Shown piece after piece: positions 45,101 to 56,258 of a DNA stretch of 64,000 nt. A program made the translations under genes and the position numbers. Positions within the stretch are counted from its first letter, which is position 1; each line of letters starts with the position of its first letter. The notes under the pieces are model-generated. The model made no database searches. It saw nothing but the letters and a program-made list of their open reading frames with translations, and was not told the origin of the DNA. Source of the stretch: Macrostomum lignano (taxonomy: Eukaryota); assembly GCA_002269645.1 (NCBI GenBank), contig NIVC01000009.1, positions 1 through 64,000 on the forward strand, read 5' to 3'.

Positions 45101-47069
45101 CCTGTGTCAGCTAGGACTCCAGTTGTTGGATTCACCTGTGTCAGCTAGGACTCCAGTTGTTGGATTCACCTGTGTCAGCTAGGACTCCAGTTGCTGGATT
45201 CACCTGTCTTAGGCCTATTATTGTTTGAGCAGCAATTTGTCTGTGCAGTACGTAGATGTCAGAAGTTCATTTTGACTCATTTCAAAGCAATATCTCTAAT
45301 CTCTATTTCATTCTCCACCGTCGCGCTTCGATACCGCAGCACGAATTTTCCCTGAGCCGGTGCCGCGAGGCCCTAAACCAGCTGAGAGGGCGGCAGCAGG
45401 CCAAACCGAAGCGCCGTTTCAAATGGCGCTGGCCCAAGCTGGGCGGTGGCAACCGCGGCGGCAGCAGTCGGCAGTTGTCGCCAACAGCAGCGGCAGCGCC
45501 AGCAGCTGCGGAGGCGACTGCAACAAACGGATCTGCTGCTGCGGCAGTGCAGCCTGTTGGACAAATGTCTGACGTGGATCACCACGGTGAGATGACGGGT
45601 CTTGAAGACATCTTCCCACAAGCACTTCATTCACACGCTCACACAGGGCTTGGGGTTGCTATCATGGGTGTTGACTTGCACGACAAGCCCTTTGGCTTTG
45701 GTCAATTTTCGCGAACAAAGCTCTGAATTAATGTGACCGCCGCGAGAGGCAGACGCGTTCACCGCTGAGCTGCTCCGCCCTGAACCAGCTACCCTTAGTT
45801 GCTAAAACTGGTTCAGCTTCGGGACGGCAAGGCATTTCGCGCCAATTTTGAACCTTCCAGTAGCCGTGCAGCGCCACAGCCTGAATCGCATTGCTAGCGC
45901 CCGGTCGACATCGTCCAACAGCCTGACGCTTGCCTGGCGGGCCGTGACCGCCCGACGGGAGATGCTGGCGCTGCTGCTGCCGATGCACGTCTCGGCTACG
46001 CAGAACGGCGTATCGCAAGGCGCGGCCAGCTCCGTAATCTTCGAGCTGGCTCGCGACACCCTATTAAACGATATTCGTCAACTGAATCGCCAATGGGCGA
46101 CTCTTAACAGTTCGAGAGGCGATTGGCAGCAGCAGCAACAACACACGCTGGCTCCAAGCTCGGCCGTTACGCGACGTCGTCCAAAATTCGGTTGCAACTC
46201 TGGCGGCGGTGGGAGCGGCAGCGCAGATTCTGGACAGGCGCCGCGGCATCAGCGAGTGTCCGTTTCGCTCCTGCCAGCTCCCAGTGGGGCCGCCGGTGAG
46301 CTTTGAGTGTTGTATAAAACAGAACAGTCAACTATACTCAGCAACATTGAAAAGTCGCCACTCTATGGCCCAGTGAGCAATTTTCAGAGCGAGTATATTA
46401 GAAATTGTTATCCTATTTTTTTATTAGAGGCAGGGGGGTTGTGTGTCCCTGGCGCATTTTAAGCGACATAGGCACACAACCGGCGAGAGGCATTACTGCC
46501 CATTCCGCCGACTCCCCTGAGCAGGCATACGAGCGCGCGGATACGTACGCAGGCACACACTCACACAGGAGTGTACAGCGGCCCTAATTTTTTTTTATCG
46601 TTAGGCATGTACACTTCACTACGCCTTGGGGGTTGGCCCTCAAGGGTGTTAATTGCACGAGCAGAGCCAAGCCGAGATTCAAATTCAGCCCCAAATTAAT
46701 GTGACTGCACTGGGAATCGAGCCTGGGCCGCTGGCACATCAGAGCGCCGCGCTGGACCACTGGGCTACGGCCCGCGTCCCAATGCGACTGCTGACATGAC
46801 AACAATAAGCTACTGGCATTGCTAGCATAAATTTCACATGGAAAATCTATTCTTCAGGTGCCCCGCCTCCGATCCTGCTGTTCCGGCCATCGTCGGTGCC
46901 GCAGGAGGCTGCCCCGGCGCCGTCGCTGCCGCCGTGGCACTGTCAGTGCTGCACATTCGCTAACCACCCGGACCTGCTTGAGTGCGAAATGTGCTCAGCG
47001 GAGCGGCCGCAGCTGCAGAGACCGCGAGCCGCTTCGATTTCATTGGATCGGCCAACTGCCAGGAGCTAG
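42102..47069 (+). CDS. TAB2/TAB3-like protein: N-terminal CUE-like domain, coiled coil, C-terminal NZF zinc finger; 4 exons
   Basis: Exons 42102-42203, 45340-45586, 45861-46295, 46858-47069 with consistent phases. The CUE-like domain is joined across intron 1 (QLRAEYPEFSEQCIQQTLEA|HEFSLSRCREAL). The NZF WHCQCCTFANHPDLLECEMC resembles the TAB2 NZF and is not in the ORF track. Confidence 0.75.
42415..43758. repeat. 12-bp minisatellite AG(G/A)CACTAATAC
   Basis: About 112 units; source of the spurious 448-476 aa ORFs. Confidence 0.97.
44473..45210. repeat. 34-bp minisatellite
   Basis: CACCTGTGTCAGCTAGGACTCCAGTTGCTGTATT units. Confidence 0.95.
46588..46775 (-). mobile_element. tRNA-derived SINE-like insert in TAB2-like intron 3
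   Basis: Minus strand GGGCCGTAGCCCAGTGG (A-box) ... GGCTCGATTCC (B-box); A-rich tail at ~46588. Confidence 0.5.
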
Positions 47070-47749
47070 AGGCTGCAGTGCGGCCTTCTGCTGCTGCTTC
47101 TAGTGTTATCAACCAATCTCATTTCTAAGAAATAATAGGTCGCTGCCTTTTACAGCGGTGGAATTCCCACTTTTTCCTTGTATTGCTGAAATTATCCCGT
47201 AAATGTCTTTCAACTATTGATTCGATAATGACTAAAAATTATGGGGTTTTTGTGCCATTTTTCAAACAACATCTTTCTGTTGTGTTTGCTAATTGTTTGC
47301 GTTTTATACTACTGAACAGTAGTAAGGTGTTTAGCATCAATTAATCATGGCCATATTTACTACTCAAAGGATAGTGCTGATGTTTACTGGCTGCTAAACT
47401 ACATTTTATTAGGTTTTACCAATCCTTTTACAATCAGCTGATCCTCACTGACACTAACGAGGAACATATTTTTAGCCAAAAAATCATTTGTTTCATTCTT
47501 TTTCCATCCTGACTCATCAGTATGATGAGTCTCTGCTAAAGTGACCACTGTTTTTTTAAATAAGCCTTCTATTTTAATTGTTTATTTATCAAGTTTGCTT
47601 TCATTGTACATTACTTAGCCACTTATAGACTCTTACATTAAATTACACGACCGAAACTATTTTGAATTGCAGTACACTGTGAACTAATTTGTTAAACAAC
47701 AGGTTTTGTTTAATTAAATCTTCTTTTATTTCAAAGGCAACAATGTAGG

Positions 47750-48056
47750 AGGGTAGCTGTCCACAGCATTGACTAGAAGGTAGGGTAGCTGTCCACAGCA
47801 TTGACTAGAAGGTAGGGTAGCTGTCCACCGCATTGACTAGAAGGTAGGGTAGCTTTCCACCGAATCGACTAGAAGGTAGGGTAGCTGTCCACCGAATCGA
47901 CTAGAAGGTAGGGTAGCTGTCCACCGAATCGACTAGAAGGTAGGGTAGCTGTCCACCGAATCGACTAGAAGGTAGGGTAGCTGTCCACCGAATCGACTAG
48001 AAGGTAGGGTAGCTGTCCACCGAATCGACTAGAAGGTAGGGTAGCTGTCCACTGCA
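47750..48056. repeat. 32-bp minisatellite
   Basis: GTAGCTGTCCACCGAATCGACTAGAAGGTAGG units. Confidence 0.95.
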
Positions 48057-48145
48057 TTAATACTACAGTGCATGACAACCTCATTAAAGTAGTGTACAGC
48101 AGCTATAAATTCCGCTGTTCCCAACCGCCTCATCCCGTCAACAAG

Positions 48146-48553
48146 GACAAGACCGAGCTGGTGACTCATCACGGCGGCTGCCACTGCGGTGCCGTGACCT
48201 TCACAGTAAGGGCACCGGCAGTGATCAATGTCATCAAATGCTCCTGCTCAGTATGCAGCATGAAAGGCAATGATCATTTCATTGTGCCAGCCAGCCACTT
48301 CACCCTGCTGACGGGCTCCGACTGTTTAACAACTTACACCTTCAACACGCACGCAGCCAAGCACACGTTCTGCGCCAGGTGCGGAGTGCAGAGTTTCTAC
48401 ACGCCCAGATCCAATCCGGACGGCTACGGCATCAATGTGCACTGCCTGCGGCCGGACACCGTCAGCCAGTTAGTCTGGGAGCACTTCGACGGCCAGAACT
48501 GGGAACAGTCGATGGAGACAATCGGAGAGAACCTGTCCAATCGGTCCAAGTAG
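48146..48553 (+). CDS. CENPV: CENP-V / GFA-domain protein (start codon not found in this exon)
   Basis: GGCHCGAV, CSCSVC, HTFCARCGVQSFYTPRSNPDGYGINVHCL, FDGQNWE. The track start is a GTG at 48068 next to a satellite; candidate phase-0 acceptor at 48145. Confidence 0.88.
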   Translation, partial: DKTELVTHHGGCHCGAVTFTVRAPAVINVIKCSCSVCSMKGNDHFIVPASHFTLLTGSDCLTTYTFNTHAAKHTFCARCGVQSFYTPRSNPDGYGINVHCLRPDTVSQLVWEHFDGQNWEQSMETIGENLSNRSK

Positions 48554-49110
48554 CTTTAGTCGAAGCTTTACACCTAGCGGGGAAATGGGGATAGGCAAGA
48601 AGCTATTTTTCTAAGCCATGCACAAGCTTCACTTTTCTTACTCAGAAGCACAACTGCAATGCAAATTACATGCTACCCAGAAGCTACAAGTGTAAAGGCC
48701 GCTTCACATCCCGTATAGCAAACTGCGGAAGAAATACTCGTACTTCTTTCGTGACTCAATTTTGTGATTCTTTATAAAAAAGACTATTTCACACTGAGTT
48801 CGAGACAAATAAAGAAATAAACAACTAAATTAATATTTGGTTGAATAATGTAATAGTAAATGATAAAAAATCACTAATGTTAAACGCGTTTATTTAACAT
48901 TTATTCATACATGTAAAATGTGAAAAACACGTTTCTGAATGCAGAATACGATTAAACGCAAGTCATGCAAAGATTTTAGAATGGACACGCATTTAGACAA
49001 TGCAGAAACTTTTACAACTAGCTCGATCGATGATACATGAAATTGCAAATGTATACTTTGTACAAAGGTTATTCAAGAGACTCAGTCCTTGAAGAATGTG
49101 CAGATGATGC

Positions 49111-51027
49111 TCAGTCGACCTCCTCAACGGTGGGTCCTCCAGCTCGCTGATGTCCAGGCTGAGGCTGACCAGACTGCTGCTGCTGCTGATGAAGCTTGGC
49201 CATGATTGGCGAGCAGCGGCTGCTGAGTTGCTGCTGCTGGTGGGCAATCTCGTCCTTCTCGGCAGTCTGGTTGTTCTCCAGCCAGGAAATCACTTGCTCG
49301 CAGGCGGCCACCACCTCGGCGGAGTCCTTCTCGCCCAGCTTGTCCTTGCAGTCGTTGGCAGCCTGCTTGTACTGGAAGGCGAGCGACTCGAGCTGGTTGC
49401 GGGCCGCCAGGCGCTCGCGGTGCCGCTCGTCCTCCTCGCGGAACTTCTCCGCATCCCGCACCATCCTGTCGATCTCGTCCTTCGAGAGGCGGCCCTTGTC
49501 GTTCGTGATCGTGATCTTCTCCTCCTTGCTGGTGCTCTTGTCTTTCGCCGACACCACCAGGATTCCGTTGGCGTCAACGTCGAAGGTCACCTCGATCTGA
49601 GGGACTCCGCGCGGCGCTGGCGGGATCCCGTCCAGGTTGAACCGGCCCAGCAGGTGGTTGTCTCTGGTGAGCGCTCGCTCGCCCTCGAACACCTGCACCG
49701 TGACGCCGCTCTGGTTGTCCGAGTAGGTGGTGAACGTCTGCGTCGCCTTGGTCGGGATGCGGCTGTTCCGCTCGACAATCTTGGTCATCACCCCGCCGGC
49801 GGTCTCGATGCCGAGAGACAGCGGCGCCACATCCAGCAGCAGCAGGTCGTCGATCTTGTCGTCCTTCACGCCAGTCAGCACCGCAGCCTGCACGGCAGCT
49901 CCGTAGGCGACCGCCTCGTCCGGGTTGATCGACTTGTTCAGCGTCCGACCGCCCATGAATTCTTGCAGCAACTTCTGCACCCTCGGGATCCGGGTTGATC
50001 CGCCAACCAGCACGATCTCGTTGATGTTGCTCTTGTCCATCTTGGCGTCTCTCAGCGCTCGCTCCACCGGCTCCATCGTCTGGCGAAACAGGTCGGCGCA
50101 CAGCTCCTCGAATCGAGCCCTGGTGACGCTCGTGTAAAAATCGATGCCCTCGAACAGCGAGTCAATCTCGATGCTCGCCTGTGCCGAGCTGCTCAGCGTT
50201 CGCTTCGCTCGCTCAGCCGCAGTCCGAAGGCGTCTCACAGCCCGAGCGTTGCCGCTCATGTCCTTGCGGTACTTGCGCTTGAACTCTTGCATCAGGTGCT
50301 CAACCAGACGATGATCAAAGTCCTCGCCGCCGAGGTGGGTGTCGCCGGCGGTTGCGCGCACCTCGAACATGCTGCCCTCCGACACTGTCAGGATGGACAC
50401 GTCGAACGTGCCGCCTCCCAGGTCAAAGATGAGAATGTTCTTCTCACCCTGCAGGTTCTTGTCCAGACCGTAGGCCAGTGCCGCAGCAGTCGGCTCGTTC
50501 ACGATGCGCAGCACGTTCAGTCCGGCAATCGCCCCGGCATCCTTCGTTGCCTGTCGCTGACTGTCGTTGAAGTAGGCCGGCACTGTGATCACCGCGTCAG
50601 ACACCTTCTCGCCGAGGTAGGCCTCCGCCGTCTCCTTCATCTTGGTGAGAACCATGGCGGAGATCTCCTCCGGGTAGAAGCTGCGCCTCTCGCCCATGTA
50701 CTGCACCTCAATCTTGGGTCGGCCTCCGTCGTTCGTCACCTTGAATGGCCACAGCTTCATGTCCCTCTGCACCGTCTCGTCTCCGAACTTTCGTCCGATC
50801 AGACGCTTCGCGTCAAACACCGTGTTGTCCGGATTCATCGCCACCTGGTTCTTTGCAGCGTCGCCTACCAGCCTCTCCGTGTCCGTGAAGGCCACGTAGC
50901 TGGGAGTGGTTCGGTTGCCCTGGTCATTGGCAATGATCTCCACTTTGCCTGCCTGGAACACGCCAACGCACGAGTACGTGGTGCCCAGGTCAATGCCGAT
51001 TGCAGGTCCGTTGTTGCTCTTACCCAT
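49111..51027 (-). CDS. HSP70: Cytosolic HSP70, intronless inducible type, copy A
   Basis: 638 aa; [36 protein letters not shown]-terminal PTVEEVD. Confidence 0.98.
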   Translation of the reverse strand: MGKSNNGPAIGIDLGTTYSCVGVFQAGKVEIIANDQGNRTTPSYVAFTDTERLVGDAAKNQVAMNPDNTVFDAKRLIGRKFGDETVQRDMKLWPFKVTNDGGRPKIEVQYMGERRSFYPEEISAMVLTKMKETAEAYLGEKVSDAVITVPAYFNDSQRQATKDAGAIAGLNVLRIVNEPTAAALAYGLDKNLQGEKNILIFDLGGGTFDVSILTVSEGSMFEVRATAGDTHLGGEDFDHRLVEHLMQEFKRKYRKDMSGNARAVRRLRTAAERAKRTLSSSAQASIEIDSLFEGIDFYTSVTRARFEELCADLFRQTMEPVERALRDAKMDKSNINEIVLVGGSTRIPRVQKLLQEFMGGRTLNKSINPDEAVAYGAAVQAAVLTGVKDDKIDDLLLLDVAPLSLGIETAGGVMTKIVERNSRIPTKATQTFTTYSDNQSGVTVQVFEGERALTRDNHLLGRFNLDGIPPAPRGVPQIEVTFDVDANGILVVSAKDKSTSKEEKITITNDKGRLSKDEIDRMVRDAEKFREEDERHRERLAARNQLESLAFQYKQAANDCKDKLGEKDSAEVVAACEQVISWLENNQTAEKDEIAHQQQQLSSRCSPIMAKLHQQQQQSGQPQPGHQRAGGPTVEEVD

Positions 51028-51185
51028 GTTGTCGATCGATTAATTCGCACTTGCTTGATATACGAGTAGTAGCGTAGGCTGATGCGTCTGTTGCCTTGAT
51101 GGCTTGCTTGGCTTTGCTGTTCGTTTCGTTCGCCTTGCGATCCGATTTCAATTCTTGCCTCCAATTCTGGGCCGGGTGCTTCTCT

Positions 51186-51280
51186 TTTATAGACTCCGGC
51201 CCGTTTCTAGAAGTTTCCCGCACCATCCTCCGCGAATGCGCCGCGAGCTATTTTTAGCTCGTTCTGGAAATTTCTCGAAA
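51186..51280 (-). promoter_or_regulatory. HSP70-A promoter: TATA plus 3-unit and 4-unit heat-shock elements
   Basis: Mirror image of 56006-56100. Confidence 0.9.
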
Positions 51281-51698
51281 AAAGAATTGCTTGACAAATT
51301 TTACCGTTTGCGTCTATTTCGCCTACTTTAAGTAGAAAGTAACAAACCTGTAGTCTAATATTCTTACAAACATATTTACAATGTTGAATGAATCAAGAAA
51401 TCCTGTGGAAAATGGGGTTAACGAATATTAACGATCGTTTTGGTAGCAAAGAATTCATTTTGTTATTCAATATTTATTTGTTAAAACAATCAGGTCTTTC
51501 AGATTAACTGATTCTGGAAATCGGCGATATGTATAGAACAAGCATTGCAAGCACAAAACAAAAGTCAGAAAAGTGCTATGTTTTAAAGCCGACTCAATCT
51601 TCTGAAGTGAAACAAAAAGAAAATACAAACAGTTAGTCATTTTAATATAATTTTTTAGTTAGTGCTTATTGGAAGTGCACAAAACAAAATGGCAAAAA

Positions 51699-51817
51699 AG
51701 ACAACAGCATTTGGTATTCCCAGGCGGTCACCCATCCAAGTACTAACCAAACCCAACGTTGCTTAACTTCGGTGATCAGACGAGAACCGGTGTTTTCAAC
51801 GTGGTATGGCCGTTGCC
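51699..51817 (-). rRNA. 5S rRNA gene, copy A
   Basis: 119 nt, GGCAACGGCCATACCAC...GTACTTGGATGGGTGACCGCCTGGGAATACC; T6 terminator. Confidence 0.92.
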
Positions 51818-52004
51818 AATTACCGAGAGCACTCAACTTCAATTTATACTTTGCTACCGCCGCATTTGTGTCAGTAGGCAATACGTAACGTAAGTAATAT
51901 GGCCCATTTTGTTTCGACCAAGAGCCAATAGCCTCCTCGCCTTATCGGGATGATGAATCTACCAATCCTTAATTGATAGTTCTCTCTGCGTTGAATCGAC
52001 AATC

Positions 52005-53085
52005 AGATAATGACAGTCAGGTAATGGCACTCAGATAATGATCGTCATATAATGACAGTCAGATAATGACAGTCAGATAATGACAGTCAGATAATGACAG
52101 TCAGATAATGACAGTCAGATAATGACAGTCAGATAATGACAGTCAGATAATGACAGTCAGATAATGACAGTCAGATATGACAGTCCGATAATCACAGTCA
52201 GATAATGACAGTCAGGTATGACAGTCAGATATGACACTCAGATAATGACAGTCAGATAATGAAAGTCAGATAATGAAAGTCAGATATGACAGTCCGATAA
52301 TGACAGTCAGATAATGACAGTCAGATATGACAGTCCGATAATCACAGTCAGATAATGACAGTCAGATAATGACAGTCAGGTATGACAGTCAGGTATGACA
52401 GTCAGATATGACAGTCAGATAATGAAAGTCAGATAAAGACAGTCAGATAATGACAGTCAGATAAAGAAAGTCAGATAATGAAAGTCAGATATGACAGTCC
52501 GATAATGACAGTCAGATAATGACAGTCAGATATGACAGTCCGATAATCACAGTCAGATAATGACAGTCAGATAATGACAGTCAGGTATGACAGTCAGGTA
52601 TGACAGTCAGATATGACAGTCAGATAATCACAGTCAGATAAAAACAGTCAGATAATGACAGTCATATGACAGTCCGATAATCACAGTCAGATAATGACAG
52701 TCAGATATGATAGTCAGATATGATAGTCAGATAATGACAGTCAGATAATGACAGTCAGGTATGACAGTCAGATATGATAGTCAGATAGTGACAGTCAGAT
52801 AATGACAGTCAGATAATGACAGTCAGATAATGACAGTCAGATAAAGACAGTCAGATAATGACAGTCAGATATGATAGTCAGATATGACAGTCAGATATGA
52901 CACTCAGATAATGACAGTCAGATATGATAGTCAGATAATGACAGTCAGATAATGACAGTCAGATAATGACAGTCAGATAATGACAGTCAGATAATGACAG
53001 TCAGATATGATAGTCAGATAATGACAGTCAGATATGACACTCAGATAATGACAGTCAGATAATGAAAGTCAGATAGTGACAGTTC
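52005..53085. repeat. 14/13-bp satellite (AATGACAGTCAGAT), long array
   Basis: Direct reading; inverted short copy at 55028-55285. Confidence 0.95.
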
Positions 53086-53299
53086 TGAAATCGACATTTA
53101 AGATTCCAGGAGTTCACAACGGCCTTATTCTGCATGGAATCGAAATTTCCATTTCCATTGAGTGCGAAAAGGATGCTTTGCAAAAGTTGAGTTTGGTTCT
53201 GGACTCTGACTGCTTTGTTTGATTTGCTTGTTTGTTTTTGTTTATTTGGTTGAAATACATGAAATGGAAATAATCCATTATCGGCCCGACTTTTCGGGC

Positions 53300-54341
53300 C
53301 AAAATGAAATCGTCTATGGCAATAATCGAATATCAGCCCGCCCGATAGCCACGTAGTCATGGTACAATATATATGTTACTCAGGGACAACTAAAACTACC
53401 GGGACGCGAAACAAGCCAAGGTGAAAAAAGTTGGGGGCTCGTTTGAAAGCAGTGTTCTATGGCCGTTCCAACTGCAACTCTTCAGTCTAAAGGGTGGTGA
53501 GGGCAAATAAAAAGCCCTCAACTCGTGTGCGACTGTGAAAAATGTCGAGAAAGTGCAGCGTCTTTAACTGCAGATCAAACTATAACTCAGAAGAAAGCCG
53601 AAACGCCCTCAACTCTTGTGCGACTGTGAAAAATGTCGAGAAAGTGCAGCGTCTTTAACTGCAGATCAAACTATAACTCAGAAGAAAGCCGAACACGATA
53701 TTTTCTCTTCCTTGAGATGCACGAGAACGGGAGCGTTGGAGACAAACCCTACCAAATATTTTTGAGGTAAGAAGGATGTTAATTCTAAGCGATCATACGC
53801 TGGTATGCGTGGATGAATTTATTACAAACAAATTGTTAAAAATAACCACTGCGATAAAATTTACCATTCTAGAAAGTGACTGAACACATGGACATATGCC
53901 AAAAGCACTGGCCAAGTGACACCCCATGTTGAAGAATGGTCGACATGAAAGACCGAAAGATCCGCCTTCTGTCTTCTCTGGCTTTCCCTCTTCGTGCTTG
54001 ATACAGACAGACAGACAGACAGTTTTTATTGCCCTAAACTTCTCCGTTCGCGCATTCGCATACGCCAGTTTTGAACAATAATTGGCAAACTGAATCCAAT
54101 GGAACCTTAACTATTCAACCGCCAGGTGCAGACAGTTATATCGGCCAAATGGATGGACGTGATCCGACTGTACAAATCAGAAGAATATCACGTTGTCAAA
54201 CGAACGGAATTAACCCACGAAGCTTGCTATCCTTCAGTTCAAGCATACAGAAAAACGAAGGTAACACTCGCTCTCCAAGTCTTCAATGAAAAGGTTGTTG
54301 CAGCACTGAAGTGCGACGGCTCCATAGACACGACAGTATGA
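53300..54341 (+). mobile_element. Degraded P-element/THAP9-like transposase fragment in the palindrome spacer
   Basis: ORF 54126-54341 (AKWMDVIRLYKSEE..VVKRTELTHEACYP...KVTLALQVFNEKVVAAL) resembles the central P/THAP9 transposase region; upstream sequence is broken by stops and frameshifts. Confidence 0.5.
53515..53693. repeat. Two-copy ~92-bp tandem duplication
   Basis: CCCTCAACTC(G/T)TGTGCGACTGTGAAAAATGTCGAG...GAAAGCCGAA occurs twice. Confidence 0.9.
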
Positions 54342-55027
54342 GTCGTCGGCTTACGAATGTTTATTTTAAAGGCCTGGTAAAGCGCTCATCGAAGGTTGCA
54401 CCTGCGCCGACTACATCGCACGACAGAAAGCTACGCAAACTGGAAGGCCAGTGAATTTGCGGTAGAGTTTTTAGTATTCTGTCTTTGGAGTTTCAAATTT
54501 TCCAATCCGAAATCTTTCATATCTAGCTGCTCCTCATCTGGGTTCCTCCTAAAATTCGTTCTGTTTAGTCCTGATTTTCTGTGTTCTATTCTACGAGTAC
54601 GAGTTGCCGTGTACTTTTGTACACACACCATTTCATGCTTTTAAACTTTTTTCTCTTGTGCTTATCTCACATGCTTAAATATATGTAATTTTCGCTCAGT
54701 ACCCCAGTTTTTCCTATACAGTATACAGGTTTCCGTATAAGTTCCTCCTCAAATAAGTTATGTTCAGTTCCGTTCCACGATATATACACCATGCTAAGTT
54801 TAAACCTTTTCTTCGTGAATATCTCGCGTGTCTAATCGTATGTCATTGTGCTCTGTACGGCCGTTTTTTAGTACCCAAAAAAACAAAAAAACAATATTTA
54901 AAACTGAACAAAAACCTTTTAGACAAGTTACTGAACCTTTTAAAGCAAAAATAATACTGTGGCCTTAGTCTTTTCAGCAGCTAAGCTAAGCATTTATTGC
55001 ATGAAAAATCGGGCGCCCATTACCTTA

Positions 55028-55285
55028 CCTGACTGTCATTATCTGACTGTCATTATCTGACTGTGATTATCGGACTGTCATATCTGACTGTCATTATCTG
55101 ACTGTCATTATCTGACTGTCATTATCTGACTGTCATTATCTGACTGTCATTATCTGACTGTCATTATCTGACTGTCATTATCTGACTGTCATTATCTGAC
55201 TGTCATTATCTGACTGTCATTATCTGACTGTCATTATATGACGATCATTATCTGAGTGCCATTACCTGACTGTCATTATCTGATT
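55028..55285. repeat. 14-bp satellite, short inverted array at the inner end of the right arm
   Basis: ATCTGACTGTCATT units. Confidence 0.95.
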
Positions 55286-55468
55286 GTCGATTCAACGCAG
55301 AGAGAACTATCAATTAAGGATTGGTAGATTCATCATCCCGATAAGGCAAGGAGGCTATTGGCTCTTGGTGGATACAAAATGGGCCATATTACTTACGTTA
55401 CGTATTGCCTACTGACACAAATGCGGCGGTAGCGAAGTATAAATTGAAGTTGAGTGCTCTCGGTAATT

Positions 55469-55587
55469 GGCAACGGCCATACCACGTTGAAAACACCGGT
55501 TCTCGTCTGATCACCGAAGTTAAGCAACGTTGGGTTTGGTTAGTACTTGGATGGGTGACCGCCTGGGAATACCAAATGCTGTTGTCT
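55469..55587 (+). rRNA. 5S rRNA gene, copy B
   Basis: Identical to copy A. Box A and box C intact, helix I pairs, TTTTTT terminator, TATAAA at 55438-55443 (about -30). Confidence 0.92.
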
Positions 55588-56005
55588 TTTTTGCCATTTT
55601 GTTTTGTGCACTTCCAATAAGCACTAACTAAAAAATTATATTAAAATGACTAACTGTTTGTATTTTCTTTTTGTTTCACTTCAGAAGATTGAGTCGGCTT
55701 TAAAACATAGCACTTTTCTGACTTTTGTTTTGTGCTTGCAATGCTTGTTCTATACATATCGCCGATTTCCAGAATCAGTTAATCTGAAAGACCTGATTGT
55801 TTTAACAAATAAATATTGAATAACAAAATGAATTCTTTGCTACCAAAACGATCGTTAATATTCGTTAACCCCATTTTCCACAGGATTTCTTGATTCATTC
55901 AACATTGTAAATATGTTTGTAAGAATATTAGACTACAGGTTTGTTACTTTCTACTTAAAGTAGGCGAAATAGACGCAAACGGTAAAATTTGTCAAGCAAT
56001 TCTTT

Positions 56006-56100
56006 TTTCGAGAAATTTCCAGAACGAGCTAAAAATAGCTCGCGGCGCATTCGCGGAGGATGGTGCGGGAAACTTCTAGAAACGGGCCGGAGTCTATAAA
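56006..56100 (+). promoter_or_regulatory. HSP70-B promoter: distal HSE, proximal HSE, TATA
   Basis: TTCgaGAAatTTCcaGAA (56007-56024), GAAacTTCtaGAA (56069-56081), TATAAA (56095-56100). Confidence 0.92.
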
Positions 56101-56258
56101 AGAGAAGCACCCGGCCCAGAATTGGAGGCAAGAATTGAAATCGGATCGCAAGGCGAACGAAACGAACAGCAAAGCCAAGCAAGCCATCAAGGCAACAGAC
56201 GCATCAGCCTACGCTACTACTCGTATATCAAGCAAGTGCGAATTAATCGATCGACAAC

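Noticed and set aside
49150-51069. 282-aa and 260-aa ORFs antisense to HSP70 (and their mirrors)
   Set aside because: Expected shadow ORFs of GC-biased HSP70 coding sequence
54393-54460. CTCADY, a SWIM-finger-like fragment
   Set aside because: Too short, lacks the CxH completion, and hits a stop
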